The position numbers and the translations under genes were made by a program. Source: a virus (Duplodnaviria > Caudoviricetes). Taken from it: 64,000 nucleotides of DNA. The stretch spans positions 32,001 to 96,000 of IMG/VR virus record IMGVR_UViG_3300047321_000298; one strand, written 5' to 3'. Each line of letters opens with the position of its first letter. Position 1 is the first letter of the stretch. Shown here piece after piece: positions 47,933-56,208 of the stretch. Under the pieces are notes generated by a model that was given only the letters and a program-made list of their open reading frames with translations, did no database searches and was not told where the DNA came from.

Positions 47933-48652
47933 TTACTGCGGGCAAAGCGCTTCATTGCGGTGTTGAGCGATGTCGTCCCCTAACGCCAGCAGACAGTCGT
48001 TGAGGAAAGTTGACTGCATGTACTGCCCATGCTCGGTGTACATACGGGCACCAGTCAGGAACTTGCTAGTCTGTTCGATGAACCGATCATGATCAGACAT
48101 GAAGTTGAAACCCATCTCCAAGCCCAGACCGATTGTCAGTTGACGACCTTCGGCTGAATAAATCATCATCAGATCGGCGTCACGCATGCACTGATGCATG
48201 AGCGAAGCGGGTTCGCGGGGAAAGGTCCCGTTGGAGAACTCCGTGCAGCGGATGGTGTCGATCACCTTCGCGAGCGTTGAACTGGAGACCACGTCGTGTA
48301 GCCGGTACTGCGCGAAGCGGGTCGCGCGGCCGATGTTCTCGCGGTCGGACGTGCGGCCTCCGCTGTGATTGTGGTCATGGAACAGCGCAGCGAGGACGAG
48401 CGCGGGGATGCTGGTATCTAGCAGGGGGCCTGGGCTGTTCATGGCGCACGAGTGGGCCCAGTAAACACAACTCAACTCGTGATGCAGATTGTGGTATGGG
48501 TTCTGCGTGTGCGTGCCCGATTGCGCGAGAAGCATGAGGGTACTGAAATCATCGGGGAAGTAATGCGAGAGAATATTCAAACCCTCAACTGAGGGTTCGA
48601 GTGCCACCTCGTCCGAGATTAGCGGGATGATCCGGGTGTTTTCGTTAGTCAT
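47933..48652 (-). CDS. HD-domain phosphohydrolase, class I cyclic-nucleotide PDE-like
   Basis: NPYHNLHH, AALFHDHNHSG, RDADL. Confidence 0.75.
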   Translation of the reverse strand: MTNENTRIIPLISDEVALEPSVEGLNILSHYFPDDFSTLMLLAQSGTHTQNPYHNLHHELSCVYWAHSCAMNSPGPLLDTSIPALVLAALFHDHNHSGGRTSDRENIGRATRFAQYRLHDVVSSSTLAKVIDTIRCTEFSNGTFPREPASLMHQCMRDADLMMIYSAEGRQLTIGLGLEMGFNFMSDHDRFIEQTSKFLTGARMYTEHGQYMQSTFLNDCLLALGDDIAQHRNEALCPQ

Positions 48653-49649
48653 TTTTGAGTTTGAGCAGGTGAGGGAGGATCATTGATGCGACGTGTTGCA
48701 TCAGAGGAACAACCACTGAATTACCGAACTGCTTGTAGGCACGTGTGTCGGAGACTGGGATTACGAATGAATCGGGGAATCCCATCAGGCGCGCGCACTC
48801 GCGGGGTGTCAGCTTGCGTGGGTTCATCGAACCACGGCTAACGAGAATTTCGGAGCCGTCCTTGTAGTAGCGGGCACTCAGCGTACGCGCGACATCTGAC
48901 GGTCCGACGACCGAGCAGCCGAACCCGTTACCCGCGTCCTTGTGCTTCTGTGCGTAGCCCTGAAGGAACGCCCACAGTTTGTCGCTCAGGACGTAGCGCG
49001 GATTAATGCCACCCGGAACGATGAAACGGTCGTCCACTGGCTCGGACCGTCTGTGTAGTACCTGAGCCATAGTGACGCCATCCGTAGTCGGTAACGGCTT
49101 CTGATCGAAGGAGAAGGGCACGGGCCTACGGAACCCAACGATCACAATGCGCAGCCGCTTCTGCGGTGTGAAGTGCTGGCCGTTCAGCACGCGATAGTGC
49201 ACGTCGTAACCAAGATCGGTCAGCGTCTGGTAGATCACGCGGAACGTGTTGCCGCCGTCGTGGGACAAAAGATTGCGGACGTTTTCAAGCATGAAGGCGT
49301 GAGGCTGCTTGTGCTTGATGATGCGTGCAACATCGAAGAAGAGGGTGCCGCGCGTCTCGTCTTCGAACCCGTGCTTGCGGCCCATCGAATTGTTTTTCGA
49401 TACGCCTGCAATTGAGAACGGCTGACACGGAAACCCTGCAACCAGCACGTCGTGGTCTGGAATAGATGACGCTTTGATGTTCGTGATGTCCCCATGGATC
49501 GGATCGTCACCGAAGTTAGCGCGGTACGTCTGCTGTGCGTAAGAGTCGAACTCAGAGGTGAACACGCATTCGCCACCCACGTTTTCAAACGCAGTGCGGA
49601 GCCCGCCGATCCCTGCAAACAGGTCAATGAACGTAAATTTTCTCTTCAT
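48645..49649 (-). CDS. dcm: C5 cytosine DNA methyltransferase, Dcm/EcoRII-like
   Basis: FIDLFAGIGG, GFPCQPFS, ENV, TLSARYYKDGSEIL target-recognition segment, KQFGNSV. Confidence 0.9.
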   Translation of the reverse strand: MKRKFTFIDLFAGIGGLRTAFENVGGECVFTSEFDSYAQQTYRANFGDDPIHGDITNIKASSIPDHDVLVAGFPCQPFSIAGVSKNNSMGRKHGFEDETRGTLFFDVARIIKHKQPHAFMLENVRNLLSHDGGNTFRVIYQTLTDLGYDVHYRVLNGQHFTPQKRLRIVIVGFRRPVPFSFDQKPLPTTDGVTMAQVLHRRSEPVDDRFIVPGGINPRYVLSDKLWAFLQGYAQKHKDAGNGFGCSVVGPSDVARTLSARYYKDGSEILVSRGSMNPRKLTPRECARLMGFPDSFVIPVSDTRAYKQFGNSVVVPLMQHVASMILPHLLKLKND

Positions 49650-49852
49650 GCTCTTTTGTTCCACAGTTCGACTGCCTCTCTCTCGCGTTCCCCAACCGGT
49701 CCCGATGCTTCGGGCCCCAGAGCCCCGCATTTTGAGCAACGGACGCACCAGAACGAGAACCCGAAGCCAACTTCATAATTTTCAATTTCGTTGAGGCTAC
49801 CTTTACCGTTATCGAATGGGCACGGAAGGATGGAAGGGAGCTTAGACTTCAC
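49646..49852 (-). CDS. Lar-family (restriction alleviation) Zn-binding protein
   Basis: LPCPF...VRCSKCGALGP...AVELWNKR. Confidence 0.7.
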   Translation of the reverse strand: MKSKLPSILPCPFDNGKGSLNEIENYEVGFGFSFWCVRCSKCGALGPEASGPVGEREREAVELWNKRA

Positions 49853-50048
49853 GAACGATCCTCAGGGCCTCAACACGCTGGATATCCAGGCGACCCTCCG
49901 GAGTGTTTACGTTCATTAGCAAGCGCCACGACCCGTCGGGCAGTTTGTCTAGATGGATGAATTCCTTTTCAACGGCGGGCGTCGCGAACTTCGACAGGTC
50001 TAGCAACAGGTGAAGGTCAGGACCTTCAATCTTGATCGAGCGTTTCAT
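49842..50048 (-). CDS. Hypothetical protein
   Basis: Coupled ORF. Confidence 0.55.
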   Translation of the reverse strand: MKRSIKIEGPDLHLLLDLSKFATPAVEKEFIHLDKLPDGSWRLLMNVNTPEGRLDIQRVEALRIVREV

Positions 50049-50746
50049 TTCGCGGGTGCCCTCTTGATGCGCGACAGGAAATCGGGATACTTCGAAAGAA
50101 GCTTCAGGTGGACTAGAGCCTGATTCTCTGCATCGTTGAGCGCTGTGTGTTGAGCTTCAGACGTGGGCCATTCGAGTTCATCGATATAGAGAATGCCTAG
50201 CGTCCGGAAGTCGATCTTCTTCTTGTAATGCCATGGCGCAGAGCCCCACATCGATTCCAGAACGGGTAGATCAAAGTCGTTGCCGTTGGCAGACATGTAG
50301 AGTTCGGTCGGGTCGTCCAGTTCTAGCGAGCACTGGACATCTGCATAGAACCTGCAGAACTCAGCCAGAGATTCGGCCACTGTCATTCGGTCGCGGGAGG
50401 CAACGTCGCGACGTGCGCTTTCTGACTGTTGGAGCCACCAGAAGAACGCGTCTTGTTCCGGCTTCCGACCGGAGTCGAACTGCTCCTGTAGCTCGATGAA
50501 CGCCTCGAAGCGCTTGAACACCCCGAACGTGAGGTTGTAGGCAACGGCACCAATACTCAGGACCGGGGCGCTCGACTTTAGCCCCATAGTTTCGCAATCG
50601 ATCATGATGAACGAGCGGTCACCAGCGCCTTTATTTCCGTTTGTCATTATCTGTTCTTTTATGAGCATGACGATTCGCCGGTCTTCTTCCGGATCGTCGT
50701 AAATGGTTGTTTGCAACTCAGTCACCCAGCAGTCGATCTGCTGCAC
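50045..50746 (-). CDS. DEDD 3'-5' exonuclease (phage exoribonuclease-like); start uncertain
   Basis: MIDCETMG, ANGNDFD, HTALNDA. Confidence 0.85.
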   Translation of the reverse strand: MQQIDCWVTELQTTIYDDPEEDRRIVMLIKEQIMTNGNKGAGDRSFIMIDCETMGLKSSAPVLSIGAVAYNLTFGVFKRFEAFIELQEQFDSGRKPEQDAFFWWLQQSESARRDVASRDRMTVAESLAEFCRFYADVQCSLELDDPTELYMSANGNDFDLPVLESMWGSAPWHYKKKIDFRTLGILYIDELEWPTSEAQHTALNDAENQALVHLKLLSKYPDFLSRIKRAPAK

Positions 50747-51059
50747 GCACGATGACTTTCACGGCCTTGTCGTCGTACAGCTTTTCCATATGTGGGTCTT
50801 TGATGCAGGTGACTTCCAGCCGCTGACCAATGTGCTTTTCGGTCCAGTCCTGGATAATCTTGGTTTTCTCTTCAACCGTCAGTTCGTCGTCTTCAGCGAC
50901 ACGTGCTGTGAATATCTTGACGGTCTTGCCCTGCGCGAGATAGCGCTTGATCAACGCCACGATCTTCGGTACGGGCTCACCAATGTGTTCCGAGCCTTTC
51001 CATCCATCGTAGTAGGCCGTCGTGTTGTCCAAATCGAAACCGATCCAGCCGTCACTCAT
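50718..51059 (-). CDS. HAD-superfamily phosphatase
   Basis: WIGFDLDNT, IFTAR, K...YDD. Confidence 0.8.
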   Translation of the reverse strand: MSDGWIGFDLDNTTAYYDGWKGSEHIGEPVPKIVALIKRYLAQGKTVKIFTARVAEDDELTVEEKTKIIQDWTEKHIGQRLEVTCIKDPHMEKLYDDKAVKVIVRAADRLLGD

Positions 51060-51570
51060 GTCCCGCTCCGATATAAACAGGTATTGTCTGTTCAGCTAGC
51101 TTCATCCCTTCGGGGGAGATAGCGACGCTTGCGTTGTGCCGAAGTACATTCAATTCTTCGGGGCTGATCCAGGCATCAGGCTGACTTGCCCTGGGCCATT
51201 TGATCAGCACCTCGTCTTCAATTGCACGCGCGAATTGACGCCATCCCCAAAGCTTCGCGAAGCTATCCAGGCCACCGGGCATCGACTGCGCAACGGTGTC
51301 GATATCTGGATCGGAGAGTCGCGGCGGGTCTGCTTGGGGAGCAAGTTCCGGTTTGCTTTCAGAGGGCTTCCTGATGTTCCAGGCTTCACCAATGTTGAAT
51401 GTCATATTGCGTGCGTACGAGAATTTCGGGCCCGTAGCTCCGCACCCGGTACACACGCAAAACAGATTGACGGCAGGTTGACCCTCGTAGCCCACTGTTA
51501 CGCCCTGCGAACCGCAGAAAGGGCATGGGTCAAAGACCGTTTGTGGTTGTTCCATCGATAGTGTTTCCAT
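51052..51570 (-). CDS. Lar-family N-terminal domain protein
   Basis: PCPFCG...CTGCGATGP...AWNIR plus a C-terminal extension. Confidence 0.65.
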   Translation of the reverse strand: METLSMEQPQTVFDPCPFCGSQGVTVGYEGQPAVNLFCVCTGCGATGPKFSYARNMTFNIGEAWNIRKPSESKPELAPQADPPRLSDPDIDTVAQSMPGGLDSFAKLWGWRQFARAIEDEVLIKWPRASQPDAWISPEELNVLRHNASVAISPEGMKLAEQTIPVYIGAGHE

Positions 51571-53175
51571 TTAATCCTCCGCTAGAACGAGAGCCATCGA
51601 TTCAGAGGCTCTGGTTGCTGCTGTATATAGATGATTCCAACGCTGATCAGCGAACACCTGTGATTCGTCAATGACCAGCGTCTTTCCGAATTGCGAGCCC
51701 TGCAACTTGTGCACGGTCCCCGCGTATGCGAACGTGAACGCGTCGGTTCCTGCAATGTCCTTCCAGTAGGGTTCGGGCAGGCTCTCATCGAAGTGATGAG
51801 TCGAACACACTGTGTCGATAATCACGGGTGAGCCATTCGCATCGAACAGGTCAAGAGCACGGACCTTGAAGTGCAGACCCTCAACGCGCGTCGCTTCGAA
51901 TCCAAGTTCGGGTCTGCGGTGGTCGATGAGCTTCATCATCGGCTTGATTTCAGGCGTCGAGCACGTCCACTGCGTACCGTTCAGGAAGCCGTTCTGCTTG
52001 TTGTTCTTCGTGCACATCAGCTTGTCGCCGCGCACAGGGAACTGCGTATCAACGTCGAATTTCCCGCTCAGGATTCGGTGGCGTCGATTTAGGGTGTGGC
52101 GCGTGCGGTTGAGTCCAACGATGATCTGATCGCTGCCAATGATCAGTTCATCGGTGACCTTGAAGCCGGGGCGGTACACGCGAGATTCGCCGTATCTACC
52201 GGGCTTTGGTAATCGCCCGTTGCGAATCTCTGTCGCTAGCCAGATCAACGGATTTTCGGCCGCTACCCGCTCCACCTCTGTTAGGGTGATGTCTGCGTCG
52301 CCACGCGTGAAGAATCCTTCGCCCTTGATAGGCTTCACCTGACCGGGGTCTCCCAGCACGAGAATCGGGATACCGAACGAAAGTAGATCAGCCCCTAGCT
52401 CGTCATTGACCATAGACATTTCGTCACAGATCAGCAGCTTCGCCTCGCACAGCGGAGACTCAGGGTTTAGGGTGAATCCCTTCGCCTTGCCCGTTACGTA
52501 ATCTATAACTGGCTTGTAGATCAGCGAGTGCAGGGTAGATGCACCTGCACAGCCTTTTGACGCTAGGACAGACGCAGCTTTGCCGGTGTATGCAGCGAAC
52601 AGGACTTGCCCGCGTTCGCCACCGGATTCGCCGTTCTCGATACACCACGCAATCTCTTTGGCTAGTGTCGTCTTGCCGGTGCCCGCGAAACCGAACAGCC
52701 TGAAAACCTGCTTGCGACCATTTGACTTGTACCACTTGAATACAGAGCGCAGCGCTTTCGACTGCTGCCCGTTCCACTTCAGATTGGGTCTATCGGCTAC
52801 AACGTGTGAGCCGACTGCCGCGATCCCGCCGAACAGTTCGTCTAACGTTGGGTCGGGTACCGGTTGCGGTGGTTCGTCGTGCTTCGAAGGTTCCCAAAAA
52901 TCCGCAGGATCATTGAGAACAAACGCGGTGATCAGGTCGTGCAAAAGAAGATAGCGCGAGTCCTCTTTCAACACAGGAGGATCGCGCTTCTCAAGTACAG
53001 ATCGTCTTCGAAAAATGTTGTGTGGATCAGCTTCAAGGTGGACCATGCAGGAAGAAAATACGATACGTGTAGTTTGCTTCTGCAGGTCCAACACTTGGTC
53101 AGTCGTCAGAGTCGTTCTGAGTGCCGCATCTTGGATGAGCGAACGAGTAACGCTTTTTGTTTTGTTCCGTAACAC
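51571..53175 (-). CDS. RecD/Dda-like SF1 helicase
   Basis: GFAGTGKT, ICDEMSM, GDPGQ, TVHKLQGSQF, YTAATRA. Confidence 0.92.
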   Translation of the reverse strand: MLRNKTKSVTRSLIQDAALRTTLTTDQVLDLQKQTTRIVFSSCMVHLEADPHNIFRRRSVLEKRDPPVLKEDSRYLLLHDLITAFVLNDPADFWEPSKHDEPPQPVPDPTLDELFGGIAAVGSHVVADRPNLKWNGQQSKALRSVFKWYKSNGRKQVFRLFGFAGTGKTTLAKEIAWCIENGESGGERGQVLFAAYTGKAASVLASKGCAGASTLHSLIYKPVIDYVTGKAKGFTLNPESPLCEAKLLICDEMSMVNDELGADLLSFGIPILVLGDPGQVKPIKGEGFFTRGDADITLTEVERVAAENPLIWLATEIRNGRLPKPGRYGESRVYRPGFKVTDELIIGSDQIIVGLNRTRHTLNRRHRILSGKFDVDTQFPVRGDKLMCTKNNKQNGFLNGTQWTCSTPEIKPMMKLIDHRRPELGFEATRVEGLHFKVRALDLFDANGSPVIIDTVCSTHHFDESLPEPYWKDIAGTDAFTFAYAGTVHKLQGSQFGKTLVIDESQVFADQRWNHLYTAATRASESMALVLAED

Positions 53176-53202
53176 AGGCGGTCCTCACTGTGGCCTTTCG
53201 GT

Positions 53203-53694
53203 TTAATGTAGGTATGCGGGCACCTCATCGTCGGACTCTTCATCCATGCCCAGGACCGTGTCCGCGTCAGAATCCAGACCGACAGTGCGCTGAGTCGGGA
53301 CCTTGGACATCGAGCGCATTTCGTAGATCAGATGGCGCTGAACAAACTCTTCAAGCGCCTCTTCGGGCAGATCGTCAGGCAAGTCATCTGCATCCGGGAT
53401 AAACGCAAGCGCCTGCCGGAAGATCAGAGCGCGCTGCCACTCTGGATGAGGAAGTACCGTGTACACAAAATCAATGAACCGATCTGTGTATATCTCCATA
53501 GCAAACTTTCCGTGCATGTAGGAAGCCGATGGAATCTGCTTGGCCTTCGCTATGTTTTCTTCGGTGAATTGAGGGCACTCCTTGATAAAGCCGCCGTAGT
53601 GCACGGCCCCAAGGAAATCAGCATCGGCTAGCGCTGGGTCATCTACGTCAACCAAGACCAGCAACTTGTCTACATCCGCATGGCTCATCGTCAT
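53203..53694 (-). CDS. Hypothetical acidic protein
   Basis: GAGG RBS before ATG 53694. Confidence 0.65.
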   Translation of the reverse strand: MTMSHADVDKLLVLVDVDDPALADADFLGAVHYGGFIKECPQFTEENIAKAKQIPSASYMHGKFAMEIYTDRFIDFVYTVLPHPEWQRALIFRQALAFIPDADDLPDDLPEEALEEFVQRHLIYEMRSMSKVPTQRTVGLDSDADTVLGMDEESDDEVPAYLH

Positions 53695-53751
53695 AACTAA
53701 CCTCAACTGAAAGTGGTACCTCTAAATGGGCACTACCATCAAATTCGGAGG

Positions 53752-54141
53752 CTAGTCTTTGCTCAGGAGCTTCATGTCTACGTCGATTACGTCCGGGTCC
53801 GATTCAATCAGGCGCGGTGCATACCGATGATGTGACGGCCCACTCAGCGCGGGCGTTCGCTCTACGCTAGGAGCGGCCTGCATGACCACACACCCGCCGA
53901 TGTTGAACGTTGGATTAGCCCGCTCACCGTCCCAAGACATGTACGATTTTCGAATCGGAACAGTGCACTGAAACCACATCGAAGGGCGGTCCAGTGTATG
54001 AAAGCAGTCGCCCACCGTCACCTGCGATAGGTACGCCTCGAAAATCTGGTTGCCCCGGAATATCTCTACGAGCTTATCGTTGTAGCCTTGTCTGTGATGC
54101 CCAACTGCGTGCTCTTGCTTCTTCTGGATATCCTGGCCCAT
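53752..54141 (-). CDS. Hypothetical protein
   Basis: AAGGG RBS before ATG 54141. Confidence 0.55.
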   Translation of the reverse strand: MGQDIQKKQEHAVGHHRQGYNDKLVEIFRGNQIFEAYLSQVTVGDCFHTLDRPSMWFQCTVPIRKSYMSWDGERANPTFNIGGCVVMQAAPSVERTPALSGPSHHRYAPRLIESDPDVIDVDMKLLSKD

Positions 54142-54151
54142 GATTTGCCCT

Positions 54152-54529
54152 TTAGTGGCGCGTCTGCGGTTCGAAATCTCCGAGTGAAGACTCGACCTTC
54201 GAACCAACCGTGTCCGCTACTTGCTGAAGTTCTTCGTGCAAACTCAGCGGCCCGACGTTTGGATGTTGCTCGCGAATACCCTTGAGGATGCCTGCGACGA
54301 CATCTGGAGCGTTCGATAGTGCGCTGCTCTTGAGCAGAGAATCGGCGTAGTTTGCGGCCCAGATCGTGAGGATTCGCAGTTCGTGACGAGTGATCTTGAG
54401 GTCCAGCATTTCGCGGAGGTCGGCGGGAATTCCTGCAGAACCGCAGTGAGGACAAGACGTGGCTGTCGCTGTCTCTTCGGCCGTGAAGGTGGTTCTGCAT
54501 TCCACGCACAGAATGTATTTCTCTGACAT
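54152..54529 (-). CDS. Zn-ribbon protein
   Basis: CVECR...CPHCG; GGAG RBS. Confidence 0.7.
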   Translation of the reverse strand: MSEKYILCVECRTTFTAEETATATSCPHCGSAGIPADLREMLDLKITRHELRILTIWAANYADSLLKSSALSNAPDVVAGILKGIREQHPNVGPLSLHEELQQVADTVGSKVESSLGDFEPQTRH

Positions 54530-54629
54530 TGTGTTCTCCGTTTTAACGGGGGCAAATACCCCTCACTTCTTATTTACGACAGTGGAGCAAGAAAGGGAGC
54601 GTGGTTGGAAATATGGGACCGACAGACGC

Positions 54630-54666
54630 AAAAAAGGGGAGTCGGATTTTAGTTTCCGCTCCCCTT
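54630..54666 (-). terminator. Intrinsic terminator closing the RNA cluster
   Basis: AAGGGGAGCGGA...TCCGACTCCCCTTTTTT. Confidence 0.8.
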
Positions 54667-54780
54667 GCTATTTTCTTTCTTCTGGACACTTCATAGTCAA
54701 ATGTGCAGGAGAAAGAGCGAATGCAGAAATCGTAGCTGAATCTGCATCCGCACTTCGGACGTTAATCCCAATCACATAGA

Positions 54781-54963
54781 GCAAGTCATCAAGGCTAGTT
54801 ACGATAACAAGAAAAGCCGACCCTCTACCGCTGAGGTACTCACCTCCCAAGATCACTTCAGCCGACAAATGATCTAGGGCAGGTGAGACGGGATTCGAAC
54901 CCGCGTCTTTCGACTTGAACCAGTGCTCTCATCCATTGGGTGCACTGGCAACCTTCCGCCTGC
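54781..54963 (-). ncRNA. Circularly permuted tRNA-like RNA 2 (Y-RNA-like)
   Basis: T arm GCGGG-TTCGAAT-CCCGT, then CTCACCT pairing with downstream AGGTGAG, then TA and D arm CCTC-AGCGGTA-GAGG; outer stem GCAGG..AAGGTT / AGCCTT..CTTGC. Confidence 0.7.
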
Positions 54964-54986
54964 TTTAAACTGCGATTGCTTAATAC

Positions 54987-55280
54987 AATGAGATTTGGGT
55001 AATACGATCAATGAAAGTTGCCGCTCGCTGCCGCACGTCTACCAATTCCGTCACCTCTGCACCAAACACGCTGCCATACTCAAAACCGGGTTATCGGGAA
55101 CCGGCTCTGATTAGAGCAGACGACCCAAACTTTTCCCAAGAAAAGATCGCTACCGTGGGAATCCACCCCCGTCGAGAAAGGTGGCACGACTACATACAGC
55201 AGTGTGTTTGGTGCAGAGGGGTGGAGTCGAACCACCACTGAGCTTCTACTATCAACGATAACTATAACGATTTCCCATTT
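54987..55280 (-). ncRNA. Circularly permuted tRNA-like RNA 1 (Leu-like D arm, internal CCA)
   Basis: T arm GGTGG-TTCGACT-CCACC + CCTCTGC-A-CCA (55209-55236) precedes GCAGAGG-TG-ACG-GAATTGGTAGA-CGT (55035-55060); 16-bp perfect inverted repeat. Confidence 0.72.
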
Positions 55281-55289
55281 ATCTCAACT

Positions 55290-55937
55290 CTATAATTCAA
55301 TACTTTTTGAAGCGTACCGTCGTTTAGCCGCGAGTGACATATTAAGCCGCGCCTGTTCGCTGTGAACTCTTCCTCGGTTCCCCTTCCCGGTCATGCCGCG
55401 TCGTTGACCTTCCGACATGTTCATGCGGGACTGTTCAGTGTGGACACGCCCAAGGTTCAGCCTGCCTCCCATGCTAGGAGCCTTACGGCCCGCCGCCATG
55501 TTTCTCTTAGACTGTTCCGTGTGTTTATATCCACGTTCACGATGCTGCCAAGCCTCAGCCATTTTCCGTCGCGCTTCTGCGTCGTGCATATCGCCGCTGC
55601 GTCCCTCACCGCCGTCTGTCATATTCGCTAAACACCCGGTGCCGTTGTTGCGCCGACCGTAGAAAGCTATCGTGTTGATTTCACAGCCAAACGCCTGTTT
55701 CTCCGTTAGCTCCGTGGCCTCATACTCAATGTGAATTCGCTTACCTTCGCGAATCGCCTTGCGTATGATGTGGTTCTTGTAACTTGGTTTGGCTAACAAC
55801 TCAGGCTTCAAATGATTTCTAGCACGATTTGCCTTTCCTTTTCCGACGTAGAAGGGTAGCTCTTCATCATCCACTCTGAATTTATAAACGTAATATATTC
55901 GGTGTCTATCAAAGGGCTTCCCGTTCTTTCTCGGCAT
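55290..55937 (-). mobile_element. GIY-YIG homing endonuclease with NUMOD3 repeats
   Basis: YYVYKF...FYVGKG...R GIY-YIG; HTEQSKRNM / HTEQSRMNMS / HSEQARLNMS. Confidence 0.88.
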
Positions 55938-56014
55938 GGCATAGGTCTATTTACTGTTGACTCTTCGAAATGAAATTGAATTCTATCGGAACGTCATCAG
56001 AACGCAACAGACGG

Positions 56015-56206
56015 TTACTGCTGTTTCTTCAAATCGAAAAAGAAGGTTAGGCGAATCTCACCGATGCCGGATGTCTCGTTGTCGGTCAGATCGTCTGAGT
56101 TCGAAATCGGATAGCAGTCCGTGAAGGTGAGATGTCTATCGTCATCGGTAACCACCCTGAGATTCGAACCTTCCCACCACAGACTTTTGATCCGGTGTTC
56201 GGACAT
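56015..56206 (-). CDS. Hypothetical protein
   Basis: ORF directly after the 56209 gene. Confidence 0.55.
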   Translation of the reverse strand: MSEHRIKSLWWEGSNLRVVTDDDRHLTFTDCYPISNSDDLTDNETSGIGEIRLTFFFDLKKQQ

Positions 56207-56208
56207 GT

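Noticed and set aside
54878-54963. Selenocysteine or UGA-suppressor tRNA suggested by TTCAA
   Set aside because: No anticodon stem flanks the TCA; the acceptor 3' strand pairs better with the downstream AGGTGAG (permuted model).
54781-55280. Interpreting the permuted RNAs as two-piece tmRNA
   Set aside because: No G3-U70 alanine determinant in RNA 1 (A3-U70) or RNA 2 (G3-C70). True D stems are present. The only tag-like frame (GCA ATC GCA GTT TAA) is four codons and unconvincing.
55209-56010. Group I intron carrying the GIY-YIG gene inside a tRNA
   Set aside because: No tRNA 5' exon upstream of the ORF, the matching 5' half lies downstream, and no P7 core was recognised.
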